Assembly (NCBI GenBank): GCA_028826165.1
Contig: JAPDFW010000109.1
Location: 1-64,000 of the forward strand
Origin: Anaeramoeba ignava BMAN
Taxonomy: Eukaryota; Protista; Anaeramoebae
Reading direction: 5' to 3'
DNA: 64,000 bases
The position numbers and the translations under genes are program-made. Of the stretch, positions 14,659 through 27,929 are shown one piece after another. The notes under the pieces are model-generated. The model was not told the DNA's origin. It searched no databases and saw only the letters and a program-made list of their open reading frames with translations. How positions within the stretch are numbered: the first letter of the stretch is position 1; every line of letters begins with the position of its first letter.

Positions 14659-14740
14659 AATGAAAATAGAAATGAATAAAGAAAGAAAGAAAAACAATTT
14701 TTATTCCACTTTTTAAATTTGATTTGTTTTTAATTTCAAA

Positions 14741-15380
14741 ATGAATTTTAATTTTAATTTTGATTTTGATTTTGATTTTGATTTTGATTTTGATTTTGAT
14801 TTTGATTTTGATTTTGATTTTGATTTTGATTTTAATTTTGATTTTGATTTTGATTTTAATTTTGATTTTGATTTTGATTTTAATTTTAATTTTGAATTTA
14901 ATTTTGATTTTGAATTTAATTTTGATTTTGATTTTAATTTTGATTTTGATTTTAATTTTGATTTTGATTTTAATTTTGATTTTGATTTTGATTTTGATTT
15001 TGATTTTGATTTTAAATTTTGATTTTGATTTTGAATTTTAATTTAGATTTTGATTTTGATTTTAATTTAGATTTTGATTTTGATTTTGATTTTGATTTTG
15101 ATTTTGATTTTGATTTTGATTTTGAATTTGAATTTTAATTCTAATTCTAATTCTAATTCTAATTCTAATTCTAATTCTAATTCTAATTATAATTCTAATT
15201 CTAATTTTAATTTTAATTCTAATTCTAATTCTAATTCTAATTTTAATTTTAATTTTAATTTTAATTTTGAATTTTAATTTTGATTTTGATTTTGATTTTA
15301 ATTCTAATTCTAATTATAATTATAATTCTAATTCTAATTCTAATTCTAATTTTAATTATAATTATAATTTTAATTTTAAT
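14741..15380. repeat. Intergenic hexamer microsatellite (TTTTGA/TTTTAA, then AATTCT)
   Basis: Read directly from the sequence. Confidence 0.95.
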
Positions 15381-15465
15381 TGATTTTAAAAAAAAAAATG
15401 AAAAATTAAAAAAAAAATGAAAATCACTTTTCTTTTTTCTCATTTCAAAAAAAAAAAAAAAAAAG

Positions 15466-18400
15466 ATGCAAAATTATAATAATAACAAAATGCAACCGAG
15501 CGGACAAACGATGGGGAACAGTTACCGTAAGGAGAAGTACATAGGACGGGAGACGAACGACGAAGAAGAGAGGGAAACGGACGACAATTTCCTATTTGAA
15601 GATGCGACTGAATATGGAGTTTTTATTGTAAATGGTCTTTCCAGATTTCTGAGAAGGATTTTGGTTATTTTAACCCTGCTGACTTGAGCGTAAATGATTT
15701 TATCTCAATCACTAGAGGGATGTCGCTCGCGGCGTTTCGGATGATGAGTTCCGGAAGGCCTTTGAGCAAATAGGTCCCGTGTTTAGCGCTAAAGTCGTGA
15801 GAGATAAATTGACAGGAAGAACAAGAGGCTTTGGTTTCGTTCGTTTTGTCGATAAGGATTCCGTTATGAAAGCTGTTGCTTTGGTTAAAAAGCCTCTTTT
15901 TCAGGACGATATTACCGGAAGATTGTATGTTGTTTTTTTTTTGTTTCTTGAAAAAAATAATTAAATTTATAATAAAATTTATAATTAAATTTATAATTAA
16001 ATTAATAATTAAATTTATAATTAATTCAATTTCAAAATTTATAATTAAATTTATAATTAAATTTATAATTAAATTTATAATTATATTTATAATTAAATTT
16101 ATAATTAAATTTATAATTAAATTAATAATTAAATTTATAATTATATTTATAATTAAATTTATAATTAATTTTATAAGTAAATTTATAATTAAATTTATAA
16201 TTAAATTCAAAATTTATAATTAAATTTATAATTAAATTAATAATTAAATTTATAATTATATTTATAATTATATTTATAATTAAATTAATAATTAAATTTA
16301 TAATTAAATTTATAATTATATTTATAATTATAATTTAAATTAAATTTATAATTAAATTTATAATTAAATTTATAATTATATTTATAATTAAATTTATAAT
16401 TATATTTATAATTATATTTTATAATTAAATTTATAATTAATTCAATTTAAAAATTTATAATTAAATTAATAATTAAAATTTATAATTATATTTATTTTTA
16501 ATTTTATTTATAATTAAATTTATAATTATATTTATAATTATATTTTATAATTAAATTTATAATTATATTTATAATTATATTTATAATTAAATTTATAATT
16601 ATATTTATAATTAAAATTAATAATTATATTTATAATTATATTTATAATTAAATTAATAATTATATTTATAATTAAAATTTATAATTAAATTTATAATTAA
16701 TTTTATAATTAATTTTTATAATTATTTTTAATTAAATTAATAATTAAATTTTATAAATTAAATTTTAAAATTTTATAATTAAATTTATAATTAAATTTAT
16801 AATTAAATTTATAATTAAATTAATAATTAAATTTATAATTAAATTTATAATTAAATTTATAATTAAATTTATAATTAAATTTATAATTAAATTTATAATT
16901 ATATTTATAATTAAATTTATAATTAAATTTATAATTAAATTAATAATTAAATTTTATAATTAAATTTTTATAATTAATTCAATTCAAAATTTTATTAATT
17001 AAATTTATAATTAAATAAATTAAACAAATTTATAATTAAATTTATAATTAAATTTTATAATTATATTTATAATTATATTTATAATTAAATTTATAATTAA
17101 ATTTATAATTAAATTTATAATTAAATTTATAATTATATTTATAATTAAATTTATAATTTAAAATTTATAATAAAAATTATAATTAATTTAATTCAAAATT
17201 TATAATTAAATTTATAATTAAATTCCGATAAAAAATTAATAAAAATAGTCAAGAAGTCCGAATAAATCTAATCGATCCAAAAAAGAAATTGTTTGTTGGA
17301 AAAATCCCAATTTATCTCTCAGAAGAAGAGGCCCGAGAAGAAATCGAGAAGATTGGAAAATTACCAGTAGAAAGTTTTGAGTTGTGTGTTGATGGAGAAG
17401 GAAATTCAAAAGGATTTGGGTGGGCAAATTATACAAATAATAGAAATGCTTCAAAAGCAGTTAAAAACTTTGCAAATGCTTATTTGCAAGGACAATCAAA
17501 TTTATTTGTAAAATTTGACGAAATCAAACCCCAAGATCCAAGATATATGTAAATAAGAAGAAGAAAAGGAAAGGAAAAAAAAACATTTTAATTTGAACTT
17601 AACTACACAATTTAAAAATCAAAAAAAAAAACTTATTAACTTTTAAAAACAAAATTTAACAAGTTTTAGTTTTTTATTATTTGCAATTTGGAAATAATTC
17701 AAATAATAATTATAAATAATTATAAATAATTACAAATAATTCAAATAATTTAAATAATAATAAATAATTCAAATAATTCAAATAATAATTCAAATAATTT
17801 AAATAATTTAAATAATTACAAATAATAAATAATAATAAATAATAATTCAAATAATAATAAATAATTTAAATAATTCAAATAATTTAAATAATTCAAATAA
17901 TAAATAATTCAAATAATTCAAATAATTCAAATAATTTAAATAATTTAAATAATAATTCAAATAATAATTCAAATAAATAATAAATAATTTAAATAATCGC
18001 TTATTTATATATATAATAATAAAAAAATCAGTTCAAATAATAAAAACCTCTTTATAAAAGGAGTCGCACCACAAGTACGAGAAGATGAACTCTTCCAAAT
18101 TTTTGGAGGGATATCAAACGGGGTAATAAAAGTCAAAATCCCACTAGACAAGCAAACATCGACACCACTCGGACATGCAATAATACATTACCAAACACGA
18201 GAACAAGCAGAATCAGCAATGAAAAAATATCACGGATATCAACTTCACGGGAAATCACTGCGAATAGAGTGGTGTGTGCCAGCAGATGCGCGGGAATCAC
18301 AGCAAAACTCGCGAAACAAATTTGGATATCCATATTCAAATCAAATGAATGGATTCCATCCATTTCCACAAGGACAACGAGAGACTTTCTATAACAAAGG

Positions 18401-19421
18401 AGCAGAGAACCCATACAAGGGACAAAGTGGCGAGTACAATGTATACGGGACAGACTATCAGAACCAGCAAATAACAACACCGTATAATCAGCAAACAGGA
18501 CAATATTATCAATCACAAAAAACAAGTGGATATTCAGGATATCCGAATACCAGTTACTCACAAACAAGCACGTACTACGGCTATCGGCAGCCGTACAACC
18601 CATATGCGAATCAGTATCCTAGCAAATACTCGAGCGTGGGTCAACAGCAGAGTAACTTGCCACAGCAACAAAGCAATTTTACTCCTCAGCAAACAGCCTA
18701 TTCCACAAACACCTCGCACACAAAATCAAATAGTTACGATCCAAATCTGTATTCCCAGCACACAACCGCGTACACCTCAAATGTGTACCATCAAAAATCT
18801 AATCTTCCCGATAATACTTCGTTGGCTCAGCAAACAAGCACTTTTGATTCTTATAATTATCCCCAAAATACAAATACAAATAATTCAAATACAAATACAA
18901 ATAATGCAAATACTTTTGATTCAAATTCAAATTCAAATTCAAATTCAAATTCATATCAATATTCACAGAATCAAGCATATTCGCAAAACCAAGCATATAC
19001 TCATAATCAAGCATATCCTCAGACTCAGCAATCTCAATTCTCGCAGGATTTGCACACACAGAATTATTCTAGAGATTATCAACAGGCTTATCAACACCAA
19101 AATTATGATTCTTATTATACCCAAAATTTACCAGATTCAAACCAGCAAACTTATCAACAATATTCCCAAGTTCAACATCCTTTTGATCAACAAAATTCTG
19201 CTAATTATGGTTTAAATCCAAAAGAAAAATTGTAAAAGAAAAGAAAAATTTAATTTAATTTAATTTAATTTAATTTAATTTAATTTAATTTATTTTGATT
19301 TTTATTTTATTTTAGATTGGATCAAAAACAAAAAGATTCACTTTATCAAGATAATTTAGAACAAAAACAATCAGGCCCAAAACCTATTCATCTTTTTCCT
19401 GTTCCTTTATTCAAGAAATGA
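15466..19421 (+). CDS. 3xRRM RNA-binding protein, hnRNP Q/R (SYNCRIP)-like, with Q/Y/N/S low-complexity tail; 5 exons
   Basis: RRM1 GVFI|RDV...RGFGFVRF; RRM2 LFVGKIP...SKGFGWANY; RRM3 NLFIKGV...LRIEW. GT-AG introns at 15628-15715, 15925-17248, 17549-18031 and 19232-19315 restore a single frame. Confidence 0.8.
15960..17220. repeat. Intronic (TTATAATTAAAT)n 12-mer array
   Basis: Fills intron 2 of the RRM gene. Confidence 0.95.
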
Positions 19422-19598
19422 TTCCAAAAAAAAAATCACAATAAAAATCAAAATCAAAATCACAATCACAATCACAATCAAATATTTCTTTTTTCTTTTT
19501 TCTTTTTTCCAATTCAACAAGAAAAAAATTTTTTAAAATAAATTCATTTTTCATTTTTCATTTTTCATTTTTTTCATTTTTTTAGAAATAAAAATAAA

Positions 19599-22500
19599 AT
19601 GAGTGAAAAAATAGAAGAAATTACAAAAGAAGAAATTACAAAAGAACAAGAAAAAGAACAAGAAAAAGAACAAGAAAAAGAACAAGAAAAGATTATTCCA
19701 AAACTTTCTGTTGAAAATATCCTTTAAAAAAAAACTTTAAAAAAATTTAAAAAAAAAATAAAATTTTTTTCAAGAAGTTTTTCTTTGATAAAAAAAAATT
19801 TATTTGAAAATTAATGAAAAATACTATTTACAGAAATTAAATCAGCACAAGCGCAACATGGATTAAAGCATTATGATTATCGAAGATATCGACAATTTTG
19901 TTCAAGAAAAATTCGGAAATTAAATCACAAGTTAGGAGTTTCAAAAACAAGAGTAAAAACGTTTACGAAATTTACTTTATCAGCGGAGAACTGTACAGAA
20001 AGTAGGTATTTGTTGAGTCCATTGTTTCAAGCTGAGCGAGCATGGGCTTATGCTATGGAGTTGAGAGAGATTACTGAAAATCCAAGAACAATTTTTCATT
20101 TACTTAGAAGACTTAAAAAAGCAGCTAATTGGTCAAATGAGTTATTAAATTTGTGTACAAAAAAAGCTGATGATAAAACAATACTTGAAGCTGAAGTATA
20201 AAAAATATTAAAAATATAAAAATATAAAAATATAAAAATATAAAAATATATAAATATTCAAATATATTAAATATAAAAATATAAAAATATAAAAATATAT
20301 AAATATACAAATATAAAAATATAAAAATATTAAAATATAAAAATATAAAAATATTCAAATATAAATATATCAGATATAAAAATATATCAGATATAAAAGA
20401 TATAAAAATATATCAGATATAAATATAAAAATATAAAAATATATAAAAATATATATTAAAATATTAAAAATATTAAAAATATAAAAATATAAATATAAAA
20501 ATATAAAAATATAAATATAAAAATATAAAAATATAAAAATATAAAAATATTAAAATATAAAAATATAAAATATAAATATAAAAATATAAAAATATAAAAA
20601 TATAAAAATATAAAAATATATTAAAAATAAAAAATATTAAAAATATTCAAATATAAAAATATAAAAATATAAAATAAAAATATTAAAATATAAAAAATAT
20701 AAAAATATATAAATATATAAATATTAAAATACAAAATATAAAAAATATAAAAATATAAAAATACAAAAATATTAAAATATATCAGATATAAAGATATAAA
20801 AATATTAAAATATTAAAATATTAAAATATAAAAATATAAAAATATAAAAATATTAAAATATAAAAATATAAAATATAAAAATAAAAAAACATAAAAATAT
20901 AAAAATATAAAAAAAAATATAAAAATATAAAAATATAAAAATATATAAAAATATAAAAATATAAAAATATAAAAATATATAAAAATAAATATTAAAATAT
21001 TAAAATATAAAAATATAAAAAAATAAAAATATAAAAATATTAAAATATTAAAATATTAAAATATAAAAATATTAAAATATAAAAATATAAAAATATTAAA
21101 ATATTAAATATAAAATATAAAAATATTAAAATATAAAAATATTAAAAATATAAAAATATAAAAATATTAAAATATAAAAATATAAAAATATAAAAATAAA
21201 AAATATAAAAATAAAAATATAAAAATATATAAAAATATAAAAAAAAATATTAAAATATAAAAATATAAAAATATAAAAATATTCAAATATAAAAATAATA
21301 AAAATATAAAATATAAAAATATAAAAATATAAAAATATTCTCAAATATTAAAAATATAAAAATATAAAATTCCGTCATAATATATAAAAATATAAAAATA
21401 TTAAAATATAAAAATATAAAAATATAAAAAAATAAAAATATAAAAATATAAAAATATTAAAATATAAAAATATAAAAATATAAAAAAAAATATAAAATAT
21501 ATAAAATATAAAAATAAAAATATAAAATATAAAAATATTCAAATATAAAAATATAAAATACAAAAAATATAAAAATATAAAAATATATTTAAAAATATAA
21601 AAATATATCAAATATAAAAATATATTAAAAATAAAAATATATCAAATATAAAAATAAAAAAATAAAAAAATAAAAAAATAAAAAAAAATATAAAAAATAT
21701 AAAAATATAAAAATGTTTTCAAATATAAAAATATAAAAATATAAAAATATAAAAATATAAAAAATAAAATAAAAAATAAACTATATAAAAATATAAAAAT
21801 ATAAAAAATAAAAAAATATAAAAATATTATAATATAAAAATATTAAAATATAAAAATATTAAAATATAAAAATATAAAAATATTAAAATATAAAAATATA
21901 AAAAATAAAAAAAAATAAAAAATATAAAAATATAAAAATATAAAAAAATATAAAAAATATAAAAATATAAAAAAATAAAAATAAAAATATAAAAATATAA
22001 AAATATTAAAAATATAAAATATAAAAATATTAAAAATAAATATTAAAAATATAAAAATATAAAAAATATAAAAATATTAAAAATATTAAAATAAAAAATA
22101 TAAAAAATTTAAAAAAAAATATAAAAATATAAAAATATAAAAATATAAAAATATTCAAATATAAATATAAAAAATAAAAAATATAAAATATAAAAATATA
22201 AAAATATTCAAATATAAAAATATAAAAAATATTAAAAATATTAAAAAATATAAAAAAATATAAAAACATAAAATATAAAAATATTAAAATATAAAAATAT
22301 AAATATAAAAATATTAAAAATATTAAAAATATTAAAATATTAAAATATAAAAATATAAAAATATAAAAATATAAATATAAAAATATAAAAATATAAAAAT
22401 ATAAAAATATAAAATATATAAAAATATAAAAATATAAAAATATAAAATATTAAAAATATAAAAATATAAAAATATTAAAATATAAAAATATAAAAAAATA

Positions 22501-24614
22501 TTCCAAAAAAAAAAAATATAAATATAAAATATATAAATAAAAAAATATAAAAAATTAAAAATTTAAAAATAAAAATATAAAATATAAAAATATAAAAATA
22601 TAAAAATATATAAAAATATAAAAATATCAGATATAAAATATAAAATAAAAATATAAAAAATATAAAAATATTAAAATATAAAAATATTAAAATATAAAAA
22701 TTAAATATTAAAAAAATATAAAAATATTAAAATATAAAATATAAAAATATTAAAATATTAAAATATAAAAATATTAAAATATAAAAATATTAAAATATAA
22801 AAATATTAAAATATATAAATATAAAAATATAAAAATATTAAAATATTAAAATATAAAAATATTCAAATATAAAAATATTCAAATATTAAAATATAAAAAT
22901 ATAAAAATATTCAAATATTAAAATATAAAAATATTAAAATATAAAAATATTCAAATATAAAAATATTAAAATATTAAAATATAAAAATATAAAAATATTA
23001 AAATATAAAAAGGCTTATTCAAGTTTTATGAACGGTAACCTTCTAATGGAAATGGAAAATTGGAAAGAAGCTCTTAATAAATTCCTTAAAGCAATGTAGA
23101 AATTTTCATATTAATTTTTAAAATTTAAAATTTATTAATTCTAAAAAAAAATTTTGTTAAAAATAGTACAATTTTTGAACAATTAAGTAAAATTGGAAGT
23201 TTTGAAATTCAACAACTTTTTAATAAACAAATCGAAGAACTTCAACCTTCAATAAGATATTGCACTTTTAATTTAAGTAAAAAAGCCAAGATTACAAGTT
23301 CCGAAATTTTAGAAATGGAGTTGAAAAATGAACCTGGAAATCTTTTACTTAAAGAAAAACTTGAAGTAAAAAAAATAATTTTGCAATTTTTTGTGTTATT
23401 AATTTTAATTTTTTGAAATTTAGAAAGTAATTTCTGATCTGCTCAAACAAAAAGCAACAGGTTTAACAGAAATCAAATGGAGAGAAAAATCAATTCCAAT
23501 AAAAAATTTAAAAACAAGAGAACAAATTGCAAATGCGCATGTTTATAAAATTGAATTGGATCGGATAACAAACGAAAAAATTAAAGTGAATGAAAATAAT
23601 GAAATGAATGAAAACATTGAAAATAATGAAAATAATGAAAATGATGAAAATGATGAAAAAATCAAGAACAAAAAACCTACATTTGAAGAAACAATGGCTT
23701 TGTATGGCAAAGTATTTACGTTTTATAATGAGGCGAATCTATCCATTTCGGAAGATTTGCGCGAGTTGCAATCAGCCAAGAAGAAAACATCAACAAATGT
23801 GGATCAACAACGGGAACTTCAATATTTGCATTTTTATGTGATGAAAGAAATTCTAACACTCACAGTTTCACAGAATCAGTTCTTGGTCAATTATCTGCAT
23901 GAGACAAAATCAGAACCTGATCGTTTTGTGGATGTTTTCAATAAATTGATCCAAGAAATCCGAGAAATCGAGGAATTGAATCAGCAAGCAAGTGCATTTG
24001 AAACACAACAAAAGGAAGAAAAACCGCAAAAGGAATCACAACAGATTTTTGAGGAGAATTATTTCATCAAGTCAAAAAGCTTAGAATTTGCTTGTTTCCG
24101 ACTTTATTATCTTGCGTTGACTTATGAAAAGCTTGAGAAATTTGCAGAAGCGTTGAGCATTTTGGATCATACTTTGCATTCTGCCGCGTCTTCTATTGAG
24201 CATATCAGCAAGCAATTCAACGGCAAAGAGCCTGAAGAGCTGAAGAAATTGATCCAAATGACTGCGGCTAAAAAATTGCAAATTTATTCCCAACAATTTA
24301 TTTCATCTCAGAAGGAAACTGGTTTAACTCAAGAAGACAAACAATTTTCCCATTTGGGTTTGTTGGATCGATTGGATCATCCAATTCCAAATATTTTTGT
24401 TCAAATGCCCCCGAAAAAACCTAAAGATTCTGAAAAAACTGATCTTGCAAATGAAACTTTAAATCAGAAAGACCCTTATAATATTTCCCCCTTTTTATCG
24501 TTGATGAAACCTATTTCCTGCAAACCTATTCTTCTTGATACTGCTTTTGACAAGATTTCTTTTCCTTCATTAGAAAAGAAGATGAAAGCAAAAAAGACTT
24601 GGTGGTTTTTTTAA
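19599..24614 (+). CDS. SRP68: Signal recognition particle subunit SRP68; 5 exons
   Basis: IKSAQAQHGLKHYDYRRYRQFCSRK, LFQAERAWAYAMEL, HLLRRLKKA, PSIRYCTFN and C-terminal KPISCKPILLDTAFDKISFPSL match conserved SRP68 motifs. Confidence 0.95.
19717..19824 (+). other. U12-type (minor spliceosome) AT-AC intron, SRP68 intron 1
   Basis: 5' end ATATCCTTT, 3' end ...AATAC. Excision gives in-frame LSVE-I-FTEIKSAQAQHG. I found no GT-AG pair that restores the frame. Confidence 0.85.
20196..23012. repeat. SRP68 intron 2 (2.8 kb) filled by (AAAAATAT)n
   Basis: GT at 20196 and AG at 23011-23012, with a degenerate 8-mer array between. Confidence 0.95.
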
Positions 24615-24697
24615 AGTTTTTTAAAAACAAATTCAATAAAACAAATTCAATAAAATTTTTATTTTTATTTTTATTTTTATTATTTATTTTTTATTTA

Positions 24698-27600
24698 TTA
24701 TTTTTGCAAATTATTTGAAGGGAAAAAAGGAAACATTTGTTGGGAATTATTTGGCATTTGAACTGGAAATGGAAATTGTTGCATTTGTTGAAAAAAATTT
24801 GGATTAAAATTTGGATTAAAATTTGAATTTTGATTTGGATTAAAATTTGGATTAAAATTTGGATTAAAATTTTGATTTGAATTTGGATTTTGATTTGAAT
24901 TTGGATTTTGATTTGGATTTTGATTTGGGTTTTGATTTTGATTTGGATTTTGATTTTGATTTTGATTTGAATTTTGGAATTGAGAATTTAAAGGTTGAGT
25001 TTGAGGAAGAACAAAAAAAGAAGAAGCATTTGGAAAAGCAAATCCTTTTATTTTATTTAAAAAAGAAATTTAAAACAATTTTTTTTTCAATCTAAAAAAA
25101 TTTTACCATAAAATTGAGAAACATAATCAGCTAAATTGATAAAATAAAATAAAAAGATAAATTTTTTAATTTTTAAAACATTATTAAATTAATAATTTCA
25201 AACCGTAAGCTTGAGGAGAAAATATTGGTTGATATTTTCTTTGTTGTTGTGATGTTTCTTCTTGTTCTGGAACATCTTCTTTTCTGAAAGCAGCACCTAA
25301 ATCCATCTTTAAATTTAAAATTTAGATTAAAATTAAAATCGGAAAAAAATTAGAAATTTAAAAATTTAAAAATTTAACTGTTTTTCCCATATAATCAATT
25401 GATTTTCTTCTTTTTAATTCTTCAGCCACTTTAGGATCTTCAAAAGTAACAAAACCATAACCTTTAGAGAGTTTTGTTGATCTATCCATAATTATTTTAC
25501 AATCAAGAACTACACCAAATTTAGAAAAAAAGTTTGTCATTTCAGCCTCATCTACCTTATAATTTTATAATTAAATTTATAAATAAATTTATAAATAATT
25601 TTATAAGTAAATTTATAATTAAATTTATAATTAAATTTATAATTAAATTTATAATTAAATTTATAATTAAATTTATAATTAAATTTATAATTAAATTTAT
25701 AATTAAATTTATAATTAAATTTATAATTAAATTTATAATTAAATTTATAATTAAATTAATAATTATATTTATAATTAAATTTTATAATTAAATTTATAAG
25801 TAAATTTATAAGTAAATTTATAAGTAAAGTTATAATTAAATTTATAAATTAATTTATAAGTAAATTTATAATTAAATTTATAAATAAAGTTATAATTAAA
25901 TTTATAATTAAATTTATAATTAAATTTATAATTAAATTTATAAGTAATTTTATAATTAAATTTTATAATTAAACTTATAAATAAATTTATATAATTAAAG
26001 TTATAAGTAAATTTATAAGTAAATTTATAAGTAAAGTTATAATTAAATTTATAATTAAATTTATAATTAAATTTATAATTAAATTTATAATTAAATTTAT
26101 AATTAAATTTATAATTAAATTTATAATTAAATTTATAATTAAATTTATAATTAAATTTATAATTAAATTTATAATTAAAGTTATAAATTAAATTTATAAG
26201 TAAATTTATAAATAAAGTTATAAGTAAATTTATAAATAAATTATAAGTAAATTTATAAATAAATTTATAAGTAAATTTATAAATAAATTTATAAGTAAAT
26301 TTATAATTAAAATTTGTAATTAAATTTATAAATAAATTTATAAGTAAAGTTATAAGTAAAGTTATAAGTAAATTTATAAGTAAATTTATAAGTAAATTTA
26401 TAAGTAAATTTATAATTAAATTTATAATTAAATTTATAAGTAAATTTATAATTAAAATTTATAAGTAAAGTTATAATTAAATTTATAATTAAATTTATAA
26501 TTAAATTTATAATTAAATTTATAAGTAAATTTATAATTAAATTTATAAGTAAATTTATAAGTAAAATTTATAATTAAATTTATAATTAAATTTATAAATA
26601 AATTTATAATTAAATTTATAAATAAATTTATAAATAAATTTATAATTAAATTTATAAAGAGTAAATTTATAAATAAATTTATAATTAAATTTATAAGTAA
26701 ATTTATAATTAAATTTATAAATAAATTTATAAATAATTTTATAAGTAAGTTATAATTAAATTTATAATTAAATTTATAATTAAATTTATAATTAAATTTA
26801 TAAGTAAATTTATAAATTAAATTTATAATTAAATTTATAATTAAATTTATAAGTAAATTTATAATTAAATTTATAATTAAATTTATAAGTAAATTTATAA
26901 TTAAATTTATAAGTAAATTTATAATTAAATTTATAAGTAAATTTATAATTAAATTTATAAATAAATTTATAAGTAAATTTATAAGTAAATTTATAATTAA
27001 ATTTATAAGTAAATTTATAATTAAATTTATAAATAAATTTATAATTAAATTTATAAGTAAAATTTATAATTAAAGTTATAATTAAATTTATAAATTAAAT
27101 TTATAATTAAATTTATAATTAAATTTATAATTAAATTTATAATTAAATTTGTAAGTAAATTTATAATTAAATTTATAAGTAATTTTATAAGTAAATTTAT
27201 AATTAAATTTATAAATAAATTTATAATTAAATTTATAATTAAATTTATAATTAAATTTATAATTAAATTTATAATTAATTTTATAAGTAAATTTATAATT
27301 AAATTTATAATTAAATTTATAATTAAATTTATAATTAAATTTATAAGTAAAATTTATATAAGTAAATTTATAAGTAAATTTATAAATAAATTTATAAGTA
27401 AATTTATAATTAAATTTATAATTAAATTTATAAATAAAATTTATGAAGTAAATTTATAAGTAAATTTATAAGTAAATTTATAAGTAAAGTTATAATTAAA
27501 TTTATAAGTAAATTTATAAGTAAATTTATAAGTAAATTTATAAGTAAATTTATAATTAAATTTATAATTAAATTTATAAGTAAATTTATAAGTAAATTTA

Positions 27601-27836
27601 TAAGTAAAGTTATAAGTAAAGTTATAATTAATTTTATAAATAAATTTATAAGTAAATTTATAATTAAATTTATAATTAAAGTTATAAGTAAAGTTATAAG
27701 TAAATTTATAAGTAAATTTATAATTAAAGTTGTAAATAAATTTATAATTAAATTTATAAATAAATTTTATCAGAAATGGAGATACTTTTGAATTAATTCC
27801 ACCAACAAAAAGTTTTCTTTCACGAATATCAGACAT
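24698..27836 (-). CDS. Single-RRM protein resembling the Boule/DAZ family, with Q/N/P/F tail; 5 exons
   Basis: MSDIRERKLFVGGINSK|VDEAEMTNFFSKFGVVLDCKIIMDRSTKLSKGYGFVTFEDPKVAEELKRRKSIDYMGKT|MDLGAAFRKE. Includes a 24-nt microexon at 25107-25130; stop at 24698. Confidence 0.8.
25560..27770. repeat. Intronic 12-mer array (AAATTTATAATT/AAATTTATAAGT)
   Basis: Fills intron 1 (25556-27785) of the RRM gene. Confidence 0.95.
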
Positions 27837-27929
27837 TTAATCAATAAAAAAAAAATAAAAAATGAAAAAAAAAAAGATTATGAAAATTATTTTTTTTTCT
27901 TTTCCTTTTTTTTCTGTTTAAATAAATAA

